Positions 12,901 through 24,732 of a stretch of 64,000 nucleotides of DNA are shown here, piece by piece. Where the stretch lies: the NCBI GenBank assembly GCA_001661245.1, contig KV454014.1, forward strand, positions 1 through 64,000. The letters run 5' to 3'. The DNA is from Pachysolen tannophilus NRRL Y-2460. Its lineage: Eukaryota. A model generated the notes under the pieces. That model did no database searches and had not been told where the DNA came from. It was given only the letters and a program-made list of their open reading frames with translations. A program made the position numbers and the translations under genes. Position 1 is the stretch's first letter, and every line of letters begins with the position of its first letter.

Positions 12901-13252
12901 TGCTACAGCAGCTGATGTTGTTAAGACATCATCAGTGTATTATCCAATTATGAAACAAAAGGGCCAAATGGAAACATCTATTAGAACATATTGTAATAAT
13001 TGTTATGAATTAATTATCAATGAATCATCTAAAAATAAATTAAAAATGGGACAAGATGTTGATTTTGGATATTGGTATTGTGATAAATGTAAAAAAATAT
13101 TAGGAAGATGTTGTTATTGTAATGAATTGGTCAAAGGTATGTCTGTATCATTATTAGAGTGTGGTCATTTAGCACATTTTGGTTGTTACAAAACATGGTT
13201 TTTAGTTGAAAGGGAAACTTGTTGTCCTTGTTGTGGGTACGTTGTTATATAA
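9971..13252 (+). CDS. RTC1: SEA/GATOR2 subunit, WD40 plus C-terminal RING (WDR24)
   Basis: WD40 repeats (SGSQDGTIKIWDLR, SGGRDKQLQVW); C-terminal Cys-rich RING (CGHLAHFGC). Confidence 0.85.
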   Translation: MDQQPNSSPNLRRPSGNNFARFAFNIYGGGGSNSSNNVSSVSQPLSFSSYSSQRNNSNNSNNSNGNQNYSISGGDVVENKLKFASNNEILCVSLSNYDNNVVAIGGQRLLQVLRINSLTNEINIEKDLNPSLALSRSSKIGYISDLKFGHHQLNNYIAAATSSGNICLYNLIKSDRILTTLNDHSRTVNTIDFNPNQQSQYASWSLISGSQDGTIKIWDLRTNSNRAAVTITGTADPVRCVQFSPHNSTSIAGIFDSGVIKKYDLRNPNQIDRKLNAHTGPGLTLQWHPELDYIASGGRDKQLQVWNMAPSNNEQRTPDFVINTAGAISKVSWSPIFTSGNIFNSQIATCFYNDDPCIQVWSLNRKYIPSYNIESHSNLVTGICWKDNNTILSGSKDKTLVQHDLTKIARRLDNLHTVSMDFSYHDLVFVNQNSSDYEKSWMNTQDAETTRSPPIHQTFSSDANLVSSSAQLLLSLNINSTPSSFLSSSSGQHPYNSTSPNMNLQERPSLLRNATHRPVIKRNLSNRQNTLVNQFLHSSPFLCPVEIPTSDNDAIFEFLSSHYLISIPDGMNLISVCQYNSSVAATGGHYRDSQTWKIISSSIEFAENSGDIQYGSAIGETRLGQMKEEHEGENKDTLKNFDSTRSNSEIDVGSLGSHSTNYFGGASLPRDNFASQANLIMSRSLSVEEYKREPVSKLTKLSMNSETNENAIVDDEDDESVKDINSGTKQSKNHHTDSNGNHTVVPNDTKKLGATEKNHEVNNIHSSQKPILINLKLKRSSFNHYPHEKISSSLSGSVQALSDDDANLYNSSLGKSPLSLVSTVSSSNRPNFGGIATNGNNNSSNTWKDITKNGLTTLPERVRLNSRVSSKSARSTLTKILKEDQSKLNRKDGDMNNGEADGEEAEDFDDGYPIVPWSPHVLISKAAKYGAHQGDIIMCATLALLFANHYQSRSISKYEAMDWIYSYHEILLRKGLFATAADVVKTSSVYYPIMKQKGQMETSIRTYCNNCYELIINESSKNKLKMGQDVDFGYWYCDKCKKILGRCCYCNELVKGMSVSLLECGHLAHFGCYKTWFLVERETCCPCCGYVVI

Positions 13253-13280
13253 AAAAAAATTTTTCTAAATTTTTTATATT

Positions 13281-14357
13281 TTAATTTGATAATAATTTTT
13301 CATATTTTTCGAAAACTTTATCTACAGCATTTAACATTTCTAATTTTCTCTTTTCATCACACCAAGAACCATTAATTGAATTTCTTGCAATTAAACACCA
13401 AGTTTCTAAATCAAATCCAAAACTTTCATGTACAGCAATATAATTATCCAAGATATAACCTCCAAAATAAGCTGGATCATCTGAATTAATAGAAAATGAA
13501 ACACCATATTTAATAAATTCAGCAATTGGTAATTGACCAACATTTTCAACTACTTGTAACTTTACATTTGATAAAGGACAAATTGATAATAAAATTTTTT
13601 CATTTGCTAATCTTTCCATTAATTTTTCATCTTTTATTGAATTTATACCATGATCAATTCTTGTAACTTTTAATAAATCTAAAGAATTTGATACATAAGA
13701 TGGACCACCTTCTTCTCCTGCATGTGCAGTTAATTGAATATTTGGAAAATTTTTTTTCAAAAAAGAATAACAATTTTCAAATAATTCTGGTGGAAAAGGT
13801 TTTTCAGATGAATCTAAACCTAATCCATGAATCCAACCTTTTTCATAATAAGTATTTACAGATTTTATAGTTAATAATCCATCTTCACTTGGTAAATGTC
13901 TTAATAAACACATAATTAATTTTGTTGTAATACCTAATTCTTTTTCAGCTTTTTCACAAGCTTTTTTAAAACCATTTATAACAATTTCAATTGGAATTCC
14001 TCTTTCAACATGACCTTGAGGATCGAAAAAAACTTCAGAATGCCATAATCCATCTTTTTCAGCTTTTTCAAAATAAGAATAAGCTAAATCGAAAAAATCT
14101 TGTTCTTTTATTAAAACTGACATACCAATATAATAATGATTTAAAAAATCTTGTAAATCAGAAAATTTCTTATACCTTTTCTCTAATTCTTCAACACTTG
14201 TTGGGAACCCATTAGGAAAAGAAATACAATTTCTTTCTGCTAATGGGAATAAAAGATCAGGTCCCAATGTTCCTTCTAAATGAACATGATGCTCACATTT
14301 AGGTAACTCATGTAAGAAATCTCTAATATGTCCAGAACACTCGTATCCAACAGTCAT
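13281..14357 (-). CDS. AAH1: Adenine deaminase
   Basis: LPKCEHHVHLEGTL, TAHAGEEG, RIDHG, NSDDPAYFGGY. Confidence 0.92.
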   Translation of the reverse strand: MTVGYECSGHIRDFLHELPKCEHHVHLEGTLGPDLLFPLAERNCISFPNGFPTSVEELEKRYKKFSDLQDFLNHYYIGMSVLIKEQDFFDLAYSYFEKAEKDGLWHSEVFFDPQGHVERGIPIEIVINGFKKACEKAEKELGITTKLIMCLLRHLPSEDGLLTIKSVNTYYEKGWIHGLGLDSSEKPFPPELFENCYSFLKKNFPNIQLTAHAGEEGGPSYVSNSLDLLKVTRIDHGINSIKDEKLMERLANEKILLSICPLSNVKLQVVENVGQLPIAEFIKYGVSFSINSDDPAYFGGYILDNYIAVHESFGFDLETWCLIARNSINGSWCDEKRKLEMLNAVDKVFEKYEKLLSN

Positions 14358-15192
14358 TTACAAAACTAAAATTTAAAAACAAATAACAACTTAAGATAAA
14401 AAAAAAAAAAAAAATAATAATAAATTTTTTCTTTCTTTCTCTCACTTCTCTTCTATTCTTATATTACAAAATTTTCACTTTTCACTAGTTTATAAATTAT
14501 CCATATCTATCTAAATCACTATCTATGAAGTCTCTTTCTGACATCTGTGATGCGCTATGTGAAAATTTTAGCTCTGCATGAAAAAAAAAAAGAAATGTGA
14601 AAAATGTGAAAAAAAAAAAGAAAAGAAAAAAATTGGTGTCGTGTGCGTTTTGACCCAATTCCATAAAAGGAAACTTTTTTTTGAAAAACTTTCTCTTTTC
14701 TTTTTTTTGGCTTGAAATTTTTCAGGTAGTTCATATACACACTAAACTTTCCAAAATGGAAACTGTTTCCGCCCCCCCCCCCCCCCACGTAAACTCCAGT
14801 CGTGTATTTACAGCTCAAATTGATGGTTCTGGAATTGTTTCCCCATTAAATCCAGTCGTGTATTCTACACTCAAATTCTCGCTTTTTTTTTTGGTTTTTT
14901 CTTTCCATTTGGCATAACACGCACTAAAACGTTTTGATATTTGTTACACTCATCCAATGACACTAATTTGAATTTTTCCTTCAAAATAAAACGGAAAAAC
15001 GAAAAAAGCGAAAAAGGCGAAAAAAAAAAAAAAAAAAAGTTACCAAGAAGAACAAAGAGAGAGAGAAAGAAAGAGAATTAATTGTTTTTATAGTGATTTA
15101 GTTGAAATATATAAAATAAACTTTTAAAAAAAAATTTTTTAATCTATAATATTCAATTGAAGAGATATATATTAGTTATTATAATTATTATC

Positions 15193-15917
15193 ATGTTTAG
15201 ACAATCATTAAGGACTGTTTCAAGATCGGCCAGATTGGTTCAGAGAAGAACTTATGCAGAAGCTGTTTCTAACCCAGATATTTTAAAAGTTTCATTGGCT
15301 TTACCACATGAAGTATGTAATTATTTAATTTTAATTTAAATAAAATCAAATTCAATAAAGTTGTTTGGTTTTTAATTTTATTTTGCCATTGAGGAATTGA
15401 AAAATTGGTGAGTTTATACTAACAGTTTTTTTTTTTTTTTTTTTTTGTCTCTTGTTGTTTAGACATTGGTTAATGCTCAAGAAGTGTAAGTATAAATTTT
15501 ACCATATATATGTATATTCAATTGTGAAATATATTGACTAACAAAAACTTTTTTTTCTTTTTTCTTTCTTTTACCAGAACTCAAGTTAATATTCCAGCTG
15601 TTTCCGGTGAAATGGGTATCTTGGCTAATCACGTTCCAGTAGTTGAACAATTAAAGCCAGGTATTGTTGAAATCATTGAATCTTCGGGTACTACAAAACA
15701 ATTTTTTGTCAATGGTGGTTTTGCTACAGTTCAACCAGATAGTAAATTGAATATTACTGCAATTGAAGCTTTTACTCCAGATTCTTTCTCACCAGAAGCT
15801 ATTAAATCACAATTGACTGAAGCACAAAAAAATTTATCTTCTGCAGATGAAGCTGTTGCTGCAGAAGCTGCAATTGAAGTTGAGGTCTTGGAAGCCTTGG
15901 CTGCTGTTGCTAAATAG
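15193..15917 (+). CDS. ATP16: F1-ATP synthase delta subunit; exons 15193-15312, 15463-15485, 15578-15917
   Basis: Mitochondrial presequence, TQVNIPAVSGEMGILANHVP; GTATGT/GTAAGT donors with (T/G)ACTAAC branch points restore the frame. Confidence 0.93.
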
Positions 15918-16348
15918 ATTTTAATTTAATTTAATTTAATTTAATGATTTGAAAAGAAATTACTTTTTTTTTTTTTTTTTTTATAATTTTTGGTTGATTT
16001 TACGTTTTTCTTTTTTCTTTTTCTTTTACTATTTCATTTGTTAGTTTTCTTAGACATTTTTTATAAAATTGGTTAAACAATTTTTTTTTTCAATGATCCA
16101 TGAATTAAACTTGTTATCTGATAATAATGATCTTGGTTTCATTCATTCTTACCATGTATTGAAACTCTTCTAAACTGTTGTAATTTTTTTGATTTTTGAT
16201 TTTTAATTTTTTTAGTTTTTTTGGTTTTTTCAGACCTTGTGAAAAATAAAATAAACTGTTTAAAAAAAAATAGAAAACATAAATTATTACTCTTATAAAA
16301 AAAGTTTCATGTTTCAAAGATAAATCAAGGTATTGATGATAATTAAAG

Positions 16349-16677
16349 ATGGAAAGTAATCTCAGAAATTCATTCAATAACATATTCACTTCTTCAGGTA
16401 ACTTATTGGAATATTTAACCCAATTAAGATCTAAGAATTTGATTGTACCCAATAATAAACTTAATAGAAATAATAATCCAACATATAATAATTTAGTTAA
16501 TATTTTGGATTCTAATATAAATAATTATAATAAAGTATTAGATGAATTTGTGATAGAACTTAGTGATTCAGAGATAATTTTGAAAAATTTAAAAGAAAAA
16601 TTAAAGAATGATAAATTAAACATCAACGGGAATAACGTTTTACAAAATAATAAAAATATCAATAATAATACTACTAC

Positions 16678-16714
<37 letters not shown>

Positions 16715-17329
16715 GATAATAATGTTGGCTCGATGATAAATCCTCTTACTGGGAATACAGAAAGCCAAGACGTTAACCAGCTGTCTCTTGATATTAATAT
16801 GGATGAAGAAAGTTATTTGAATCAATTTTTACAACAGGATAATAATGATTCAATAACTTTAGGAAATAACATGGATGATCTGATATCTAGTTTTAGTAAT
16901 GCTAATGGTAATACTGACGAAAATGACAATTTTGGAGATACGAATTTCTCCAATGGTAATAACAAACAAGGTAGTAGCAGTACAGCTGATATTGCGTCAA
17001 TAGATATCAATAAAAACCCAGCTGATATTTTATATGGTAATTTATCAAACATATCCAACTTATCCAATAATGGTACTAATGATTCTGACTCTCACCAAAC
17101 GAATAATAATAATAATAATAATAACAGTGATGTTGCAACAAACGTAAATGGAAATAAAAATAAGTATGTGACTGACGATAATATAAATCTTGATGAGTTA
17201 GATGAATTAATTGCAAGCACAAATAATGGAAGTGATGATATGATCAATTACGATATTAATGGTGTCGAAATAGATGATAATAATATCTTTGATGAGTTGA
17301 ACTACTTATTAGGCACTCAGGACAATTAA
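16349..17329 (+). CDS. MED2: Mediator tail subunit Med2 / Tlo-like protein with Asn-rich tail
   Basis: N-terminal LRNSFNNIFTSSGNLLE..YNKVLDEFVIELSDSE resembles the Med2/Tlo domain; acidic Asn-rich C-terminus. Confidence 0.65.
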
Positions 17330-18499
17330 TTTTAAACTGGAAAAATATACGAAAACTACGTATAAGAGTTTTTTTTCCAATTGTTTTGTTTATTAATTAT
17401 ATAGTATATCTATAATCATATGTACATTTAGTTATCCACCTTCAAGGGACATTAGAGATAAATACAAGAAACCAATTTTTTTTTTTGTTTTTTTCTTAAG
17501 CTTTGTTGAAGATTTAGTTTATTATATAAAGAACTTAACCACTTCTATATTACCTTTAAACTAAGTCTATCAATACCTGTATCAGAACATTTTAGCTAAT
17601 ATATCATAGTAAATTTGATCAATTTGAGCCGCATTTAATTTTTAACGCAGGTCTTTCACATACAATTTACGCAATACAACAAGAATATTGATTATGGTTT
17701 ATTGCACTGGAAAAGTCTTTGAAAGCTACAATAACGGTAAAGTAAGCGTATCTTAGTCTGTTTTCTAAAGTTGTCTGTAAGCTTTGTTAGTTTTTTTGGA
17801 AATTTACAAAGAACATTATCGTTACAACTTTGGCTTTCTACATAATGTTGTACTACTTAAGCGCATTGATACATATACAAGTTTAAAATCATAAATCACT
17901 TTCCTTATATGAATGTTAACCCGTAATATGATCTAGTTGTATTTCTTGAACATTTTGCCTTATTATTTTGAGCTTTGAAATCGCAATTAGCTCAAATGGA
18001 AATTTTTCCAAACACAAAATAATTATTTGTTATTTGTTATTTGTTAATATCTTAACTTTACATAACACCAACCAAACACTAGTGCCTTTTTTTTTTTTGG
18101 AAACTTTACCAAATCAAATTGCTCAGCATAATTGAGTAATTTGAAACTGGAAACCTCACAGAACCTTTTGGTTATCAAATTGTGTAATTCTTATGGTAGA
18201 TTTAAAATGGATTTAATAAAAACAAACGTGGTGTGGTGTAAGGTGTTTCCAGAATGACAAACAAGGTGATAAATAATTCCATTCTAGAGTCTCTAGAACA
18301 CGGTAAAAGTGAATGAATAGTTGTAAGATTTAATATAAAGAAAGCGATAACCTTTTTTCGATGAAAAGGCTTGAAAGCAAATTATAAGTTTGCCAGATTA
18401 AGTTTTATGAGTCTAAGATGGCTCGTGGCATTAACCAGCTAAGGTTTCCTACATGTAGAAAATATAAGATTAAAAATTGATTTTAACATCAATCAAGTC

Positions 18500-18530
18500 A
18501 ATAAATAAATAAATAAATGAATAAATAAAA

Positions 18531-18573
<43 letters not shown>

Positions 18574-18574
18574 A
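18500..18574. repeat. (AAAT)n microsatellite
   Basis: Tandem AATA units downstream of the 18620 gene. Confidence 0.8.
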
Positions 18575-18619
18575 AGTTGGCAAAACAAAAAGATAGAGAA
18601 GCCATTAAGTAATTCTAAA

Positions 18620-19093
18620 TTATTTAAAAGGATTAACTGGTTTCCTTCTTGGTTCTAAATTATCCATATCAAGACTTAACCCAAAATTACTAGTTGAATT
18701 ACTTGGAAAATGTCTTCCTGGAACATCGTCAACTCTTATAGCATAATTATATTTATCTCTCTTTGGAGTAAAAGAAATTAATTCATAGAGATATTTCTCA
18801 TCAAAGACTTTTTTCTGATAATTTCCAAAACTCGAATCCAATTTATCCTTTAATTCATAATTAAACATATCGGAATAAAATGAAGAGCCATCATGTTCCT
18901 TCTTATACGATTCATTATATTTATATACACCAACAGATACAAACAAAAATACAAAAGGTGTAATAGTCAGACTATTAAACATATTTTGTTCCTCAGCAAG
19001 TGGTTCATGATGTTCTGAAGATGAAAACCTTTTTGACATTAAACCAATCAGCCTACTTGGAACATTCCTAACAGCCAATCTTGGCAACATCAT
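18620..19093 (-). CDS. Mitochondrial single-TM protein, probably complex I 17.8-kDa accessory subunit
   Basis: Arg-rich presequence, His patch, one TM helix. Confidence 0.5.
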   Translation of the reverse strand: MMLPRLAVRNVPSRLIGLMSKRFSSSEHHEPLAEEQNMFNSLTITPFVFLFVSVGVYKYNESYKKEHDGSSFYSDMFNYELKDKLDSSFGNYQKKVFDEKYLYELISFTPKRDKYNYAIRVDDVPGRHFPSNSTSNFGLSLDMDNLEPRRKPVNPFK

Positions 19094-19372
19094 TTCTAAT
19101 TGATCAGATTCACAATTGATGATTTGAATAATCTATTAATCAATCAATTTAAATTAATTAAATAAATAAATAATTGGAGAGAGATTTCAATTTGATTTAA
19201 TGATGACACGGGTAAAAATAAATATTAAGTAAGTATTTTAATTGAAGCCTCAGTTTTATAATAGTAATCGATGATTTCAACAATAGTAAAATAGCAAATT
19301 AATTTTTAAAAATTTAAATCGATTGTCAGGTTCTTTATAAGCAATTGTGTTAGAGGAAAAAATTTTGTGAAG

Positions 19373-19799
19373 ATGGTTGAATGGGTAGTTATTGTTTATG
19401 ATAAACCAAATACTTCTCGTAAAGGTCTTAGAGAAGAACATTTAGCTGCAATTGGTCCTAATGTTGAAAAAGGTATTGTTAAAAATGTAGGAGCAATTTA
19501 TCATGATATTCCAACTGCTGATAATAGACCATTTGCAGGAAGTTCATTCAACATTGAAGCTGAATCTAGAGAAGAAGTTATTGAATTCTTGAAACAAGAT
19601 ATTTTTGCGAAAAAAGGTATTTGGGATATAGAAAATGCTCTCATTTACCCAGTAAGTACTATTCCTATTGATTAACTAATTAATTAATACTACAAGTTGA
19701 TTTACTAACAGAAAAAACCTAAATTTTTTTTTCTTTCTTTAATTGTTCTTATCTTAGTATGGCTGTGTTTATAGAGAAGCAAAGAAACTATCGGTTTAA
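19373..19799 (+). CDS. YCII-related domain protein; exons 19373-19651, 19758-19799
   Basis: EWVVIVYDKP..REEHL..AGS..DIFAKKGIWD; GTAAGT..TACTAAC..TAG intron. Confidence 0.8.
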
Positions 19800-20077
19800 G
19801 GAGAAAAATTAATCTTTATTTGCCACTTGAATTGTGTTGAAAGAACGTTTATTTAATTGTAGTACACAATATATATCTTTATATAGTCTACTGCAAAGTT
19901 CCTAGCTTTATATAAAGAAATAAAAAAAAAAAAAAATAAAAATAAAAAAAAAAATTTAGCTCCAACCATTTCAATATTCAGTATCCTTTCCCTTAAATAT
20001 TATCTGCTCTATTTTTGCAAGTTTCAATTTGCAATTTGCAATTTGCAATTTGCGACTACTAAACAAACTTATAATTC

Positions 20078-21029
20078 TTATTTTTTCAATTCATTTTGTA
20101 ATTTTTGTGCAAAAACTTTATCATCAATATCTCTCCAATATGGTAATCTTCTTTCCAAATTTTGAGAAGATAATTCTGGATAATTTTCATCAATTGCTTT
20201 AATTAAAGCATCATAAAAGATTTTATAACCATCACCAGTATAATGAACACCATCAACTAATAAAGATTCTGCATCTATTTTATTTTTAATACTATAATCT
20301 TCAAATAACAGATGTAAATCTAAAAATGGTAAATTATATTCAGCACTTAATTTTTTCAATTCTTTAGTATATCTTACAGTATTTTCTGTAGTTCTTATCC
20401 AACCCATAGCAACTTGATCCATTCTATCTGGTTCCCATTTAGTTGGATCATGATATGATGGACCAACAATAATTAATTTGATATTACGTTTAAGTGATTC
20501 TTCAATCATAAATTTAAGATTATCTGCAAATTCATCAAGTGGAACTCTTTGTGGACCACCATTAACACAATCATTTGTACCAAAAAAAATTGTCATAATC
20601 TTAATTTTTTGAGTTTCAGGTAAATTATCATGATCATTTTGAAAAATTAATGGTAAAATTAACCTTGCTTGTCTTGTAGAATAACCAGCAAAACCTCTAC
20701 GCAAAATATCCAATTTTCTTGAATAATCTATTAATAAAGCATAAAAAATACAATAAATGAAATTACAGAAAAGCAACAAAGAAAAAAAACAAATTAGTAT
20801 CAATATTCAATATATTTTTATCTTTAAAAAAGAAAAGAAAACTAATATCATTTAATTCATAAAAATAACTTCACAACTTACCATTAGCTAAAGCTGCACC
20901 TAAACTAAAATGTAGGGCTTCTGTATTTTCACTTGCATTAGGACGTAATCTCAAATACGGTCTTTGATCAAAACAAAATTCAGTAATTGAATCACCAAAT
21001 AAAAGAAACCTATTAAATTGTAAAGACAT
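20078..21029 (-). CDS. IAH1: Isoamyl-acetate esterase (SGNH); exons 21029-20882, 20727-20078
   Basis: FLLFGDSIT in exon 1; RRGFAGYST, FFGTND, DGVHY; GTAAGT..TACTAAT..TAG intron. Confidence 0.88.
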
Positions 21030-21499
21030 TTATCTTCTTTTTTTTTTACTATTCTATTACTTTTCAATTTTTAATCAATAATAAGAATAATTAATTAATT
21101 ACTATATAATTTATATATAATTATATATATATATATATATATATATAATTATACTTAATAAAGGGGAAATTTATGGTTATTTTTATAATTTAACCTAGTA
21201 AAAAATTAAGCCTTTTACACGAACCTTAAATTATACTTGTTGATTCATAATATTATAAAGAGGTTACAATTAGTTTAAAATGAAAAGTGATAATAGCTTC
21301 AAATCATTATTTAAGAAGTTTTATTACTATATAAGAGCAAACATAGAATAAAATTTAAAAAATTAAAAAAAATTAAAATAATAATAATTTGTTTGATCTA
21401 TCCCTTATAAAAGAGAACGAAGTAAAATTGAAAATCAAGAACCCACTTTTCTTTATGAAATATATAATAATAATAAAAAAAAAAAAAAAAAAACACATC

Positions 21500-22073
21500 T
21501 TAATAGCCAACACTGATCAAGTAGTCAGCCAATTTCTCAACTACTGTTGTAGCATCTCCTGGCTGAACACCTGAGGGATAATGAGCAACCAAAATAGTTT
21601 GTGTTGATTTAACAATCACAACACCTTCGGCATCCTAAATAGAAGAGATGTTAGTAAAAAAAAGAGAAGATTTTTTTTTTTTTTTTTGATTTTTTAAACT
21701 TACGTGTTTACCATAAATTGATCTTTCATCAGCTCTTAATAAAAAATATTTTTGTTGTTGAACATGTAAACCATTAGCTTGCAAATTCAGAGGATTTGAA
21801 AAACCTTTAGTAATTTCCAGAATCTCATTTGGTTGTAACTGGAAATTATTCGAACTTGCCCATACGGAATCTCCAGCAGCTGAGTAAATTGTCGCTTTAT
21901 CAATTTTGCCTGTTGCTACCAAATTATCGGTATACGCTGTTGACCAAGAAAAAAAAAAAATTGATTGAATGTTAATACTTTGCTTGAACCAAGATAAATA
22001 TATTAAAAAAAACAAAAAAAATAGACAATTAAAACAATTATGAAAAATTAAATAACTAACCTTGCCACGACAT
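21500..22073 (-). CDS. PFY1: Profilin; exons 22073-22061, 21936-21704, 21634-21500
   Basis: [44 protein letters not shown]. Confidence 0.93.
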
Positions 22074-22355
22074 TTCTCTATCTAGATTATAATACTATAA
22101 TTTAATTGATGAGAATAACTAAACTAAACAAGAAAAATGATATTTAAATATCATTAAATTGGTTTGGTTGGTACCTGCACCTATTTTGTATACGCTCTTC
22201 CAACTGGAAACTTTGACCATATTTACCCGGAAAGATTCTTCTACAAAACAAAAACAATTGATACGTTTCTCACTACTGTGTGGGATTACAATTACAATAC
22301 TAACAACAACAACAACAATAACAACAATATTCTACACGATCCTATGTATGTGAGG

Positions 22356-23735
22356 TTATTCTTCATCGTCATCATCACTGATAACTCTTCTTTTCTTTCT
22401 TGGGTTTTTGTTTTTGTCTTCACTGTTTTCAGAGTTTTCAGAGTTTTTCGCATTCTTTGAGTCATCAGAATCTTCTAAATCGTCTAGTGGAGTTCTAGTT
22501 CTTGATCTATCTTGTTGTTCTGATACTTTATATTTAGCACTACCTCTTTCTTTAACATCTCTTAATCTCTTTGCAGCCAAATCTAACTCATCCTCATCAT
22601 CTTCATAATTTTCATTTTCTTCCTCATCTTCTTCATCTCCAATGACAAAACCATCATCTTCATCGTATTCATGTTTGCCTACATCTACATCATCATAATA
22701 AGAAGAAGTTGTTCTCTTTGATGTAGAAGTTGGAGTAATATCTCTTTCATATCTTTCTTCTTCTTGTAATCTTTTCAATTCTAATCTTCTTCTAGCCTTT
22801 GCTTTTTGTTCTTCTAATTTTTCCAATTCTCTTTGTTTTAATTCTGGATCTTCTGTTAAAATTAAAGTTTTCATTGTATTTTGCTTTTTAGCTAATTGTC
22901 TTGCAGTTATAGCATTAGTTAATCTTTTATGAACAATAGAAGTTGTAGAAAGAGGTACAATACTGATTTTTTTATTTAAAAACAGTTCTGTTTGTAAAAT
23001 ATCTTGATCATCATGGGTAACAACTAATAATTCATCATCATTATTTTTTTCAATAATATCAAAAATTTCTCCTCCTAATTTTAAAGACATTGAACCATCA
23101 GACCATTCAATCACTTGAGAATTTGATTGCCTATAAACATTCTCATTCTCATTTTTAGAATACCGCCATCTTATAGTATTTTCAGCAATTAATTTATCAT
23201 CCAATTGTAAATCTTTATTATTTTCATGACTATCAACTGCATTAACAAACATATGTGGATCAAATGGTTTAGGATCAATCCCCAAGAAAGCAGGAACATG
23301 TAAAATATAATTATTAGGATTCTCAAGAACATGCGATTTGTTATGTCTAGGTACTGCAATTTCAATCTCCTTATAATATGGATCAATAATTTCTTCTTCT
23401 TCTTCTTCTTCATCTTCATCTTCTTCTACCTCTACGTCTTTAGTACGCTCTATTTCACGCAGATCATCAATATCATCTTCATCCTCAATAACTCTCGAGA
23501 CTTTTGCCTTTTTCTCATTACCACCTTCTTCTTCTTCTTCTTCTTCCTCATCATCATCGTCTCCAAACAAATCCATATCGTCTTCATCTTTATCTTCATC
23601 CATAATCAGTTCTTTCCCATCATTCTCTTGATCCAGAGAATCCAAATTTTTTCCAATCAAATCATTTTCCTTTTCTAACTTTGAATCCCCTTCACTCCTC
23701 CCATTCAATAACTCTTCATCTCCAATATCAGACAT
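22356..23735 (-). CDS. LEO1: Paf1 complex subunit Leo1
   Basis: Acidic termini; NTIRWRYS..EWSDGSMSLKLGGEIFD Leo1 core. Confidence 0.9.
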   Translation of the reverse strand: MSDIGDEELLNGRSEGDSKLEKENDLIGKNLDSLDQENDGKELIMDEDKDEDDMDLFGDDDDEEEEEEEEGGNEKKAKVSRVIEDEDDIDDLREIERTKDVEVEEDEDEEEEEEEIIDPYYKEIEIAVPRHNKSHVLENPNNYILHVPAFLGIDPKPFDPHMFVNAVDSHENNKDLQLDDKLIAENTIRWRYSKNENENVYRQSNSQVIEWSDGSMSLKLGGEIFDIIEKNNDDELLVVTHDDQDILQTELFLNKKISIVPLSTTSIVHKRLTNAITARQLAKKQNTMKTLILTEDPELKQRELEKLEEQKAKARRRLELKRLQEEERYERDITPTSTSKRTTSSYYDDVDVGKHEYDEDDGFVIGDEEDEEENENYEDDEDELDLAAKRLRDVKERGSAKYKVSEQQDRSRTRTPLDDLEDSDDSKNAKNSENSENSEDKNKNPRKKRRVISDDDDEE

Positions 23736-24732
23736 ATCCTATAACAAAAATATTTTAACAATAATTGAAGAATGTTTAAAGTCTTTGACCAAATGCTCTT
23801 TTTCAATATTTTGTTGAAAAAAAGTTTTTAACAAGCGCATACACTACTAAAATTACAAACACACATTTTTTTCTTTTACAATTTATCTATCTATTCATCA
23901 AATTCCAATTTTAATTGATCAAAGTAGTATGTCAATCGATTATTGGTGATTTGATCTGTTGTTAAGCTATTTATTCTTGGGTTAATCGATTCAAAAAAAA
24001 AAAATTGTGTTTGCCGTGATTGGATCCAATTACTATTGGTTTGAATATACCATCTGAATATTTTAAAGGTGAAGAATTTTTTTCAAGCTAATACAAATAC
24101 TACTCATGTCAAGTGTTTTTTTTTTTAATCCTATAAAGAATTGCGTCACACGAAATGATCAGTTGGATCTTATGTTGATTTGATTGCATTGGAAAATAAA
24201 ATAGAAAAAAGGGTTTGATTACGGCCTTTTACAAAGTTAAGAAAATCAGTTGTCTTGGTACTTTTGTTTCTAGCTTGGTACAACTACATGAAAAGAAACT
24301 TTTTTTTTTCCTTTTTTTGATTTAAATGGTCACAACAAGGAATTGTAATTTCAGATACATTAGAACTGAAGCCTTAGAAGTGGTATAGGTGATTCATAAA
24401 TTGAATCCTATTAACTGTTGTTCAATATTTGGTGAGCTATTTTTTGTTCTTCTTCTTTTTTGCGCACTTTGCGCACTTTCCAGCCGCAAATAGTGAATAA
24501 AGCGTACGCTTAACTACGCTTAACGCGCAATTTTATTGCGTTTCACAAGCTTATTTGCTATCAGCTGCCGCATACACAGAAACAAGCACAGCATATACAT
24601 TGCAGGTACAATCAACGAGATAGATACGAAATAGTTTAGGGGAATTTACTAGATCAGTGGTTAAAGAAAGCAAATTAGAAAGTTTGAAAGGTAAAAGTAA
24701 AGAAGGAGTCTTTTAGTTTTTTTCTGTTGAAA

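Noticed and set aside
18228..18246. GTGGTGTGGTGTAAGGTG as telomerase RNA template
   Set aside because: Only 8 nt match; it lacks the GAG part, so it cannot template a full repeat.
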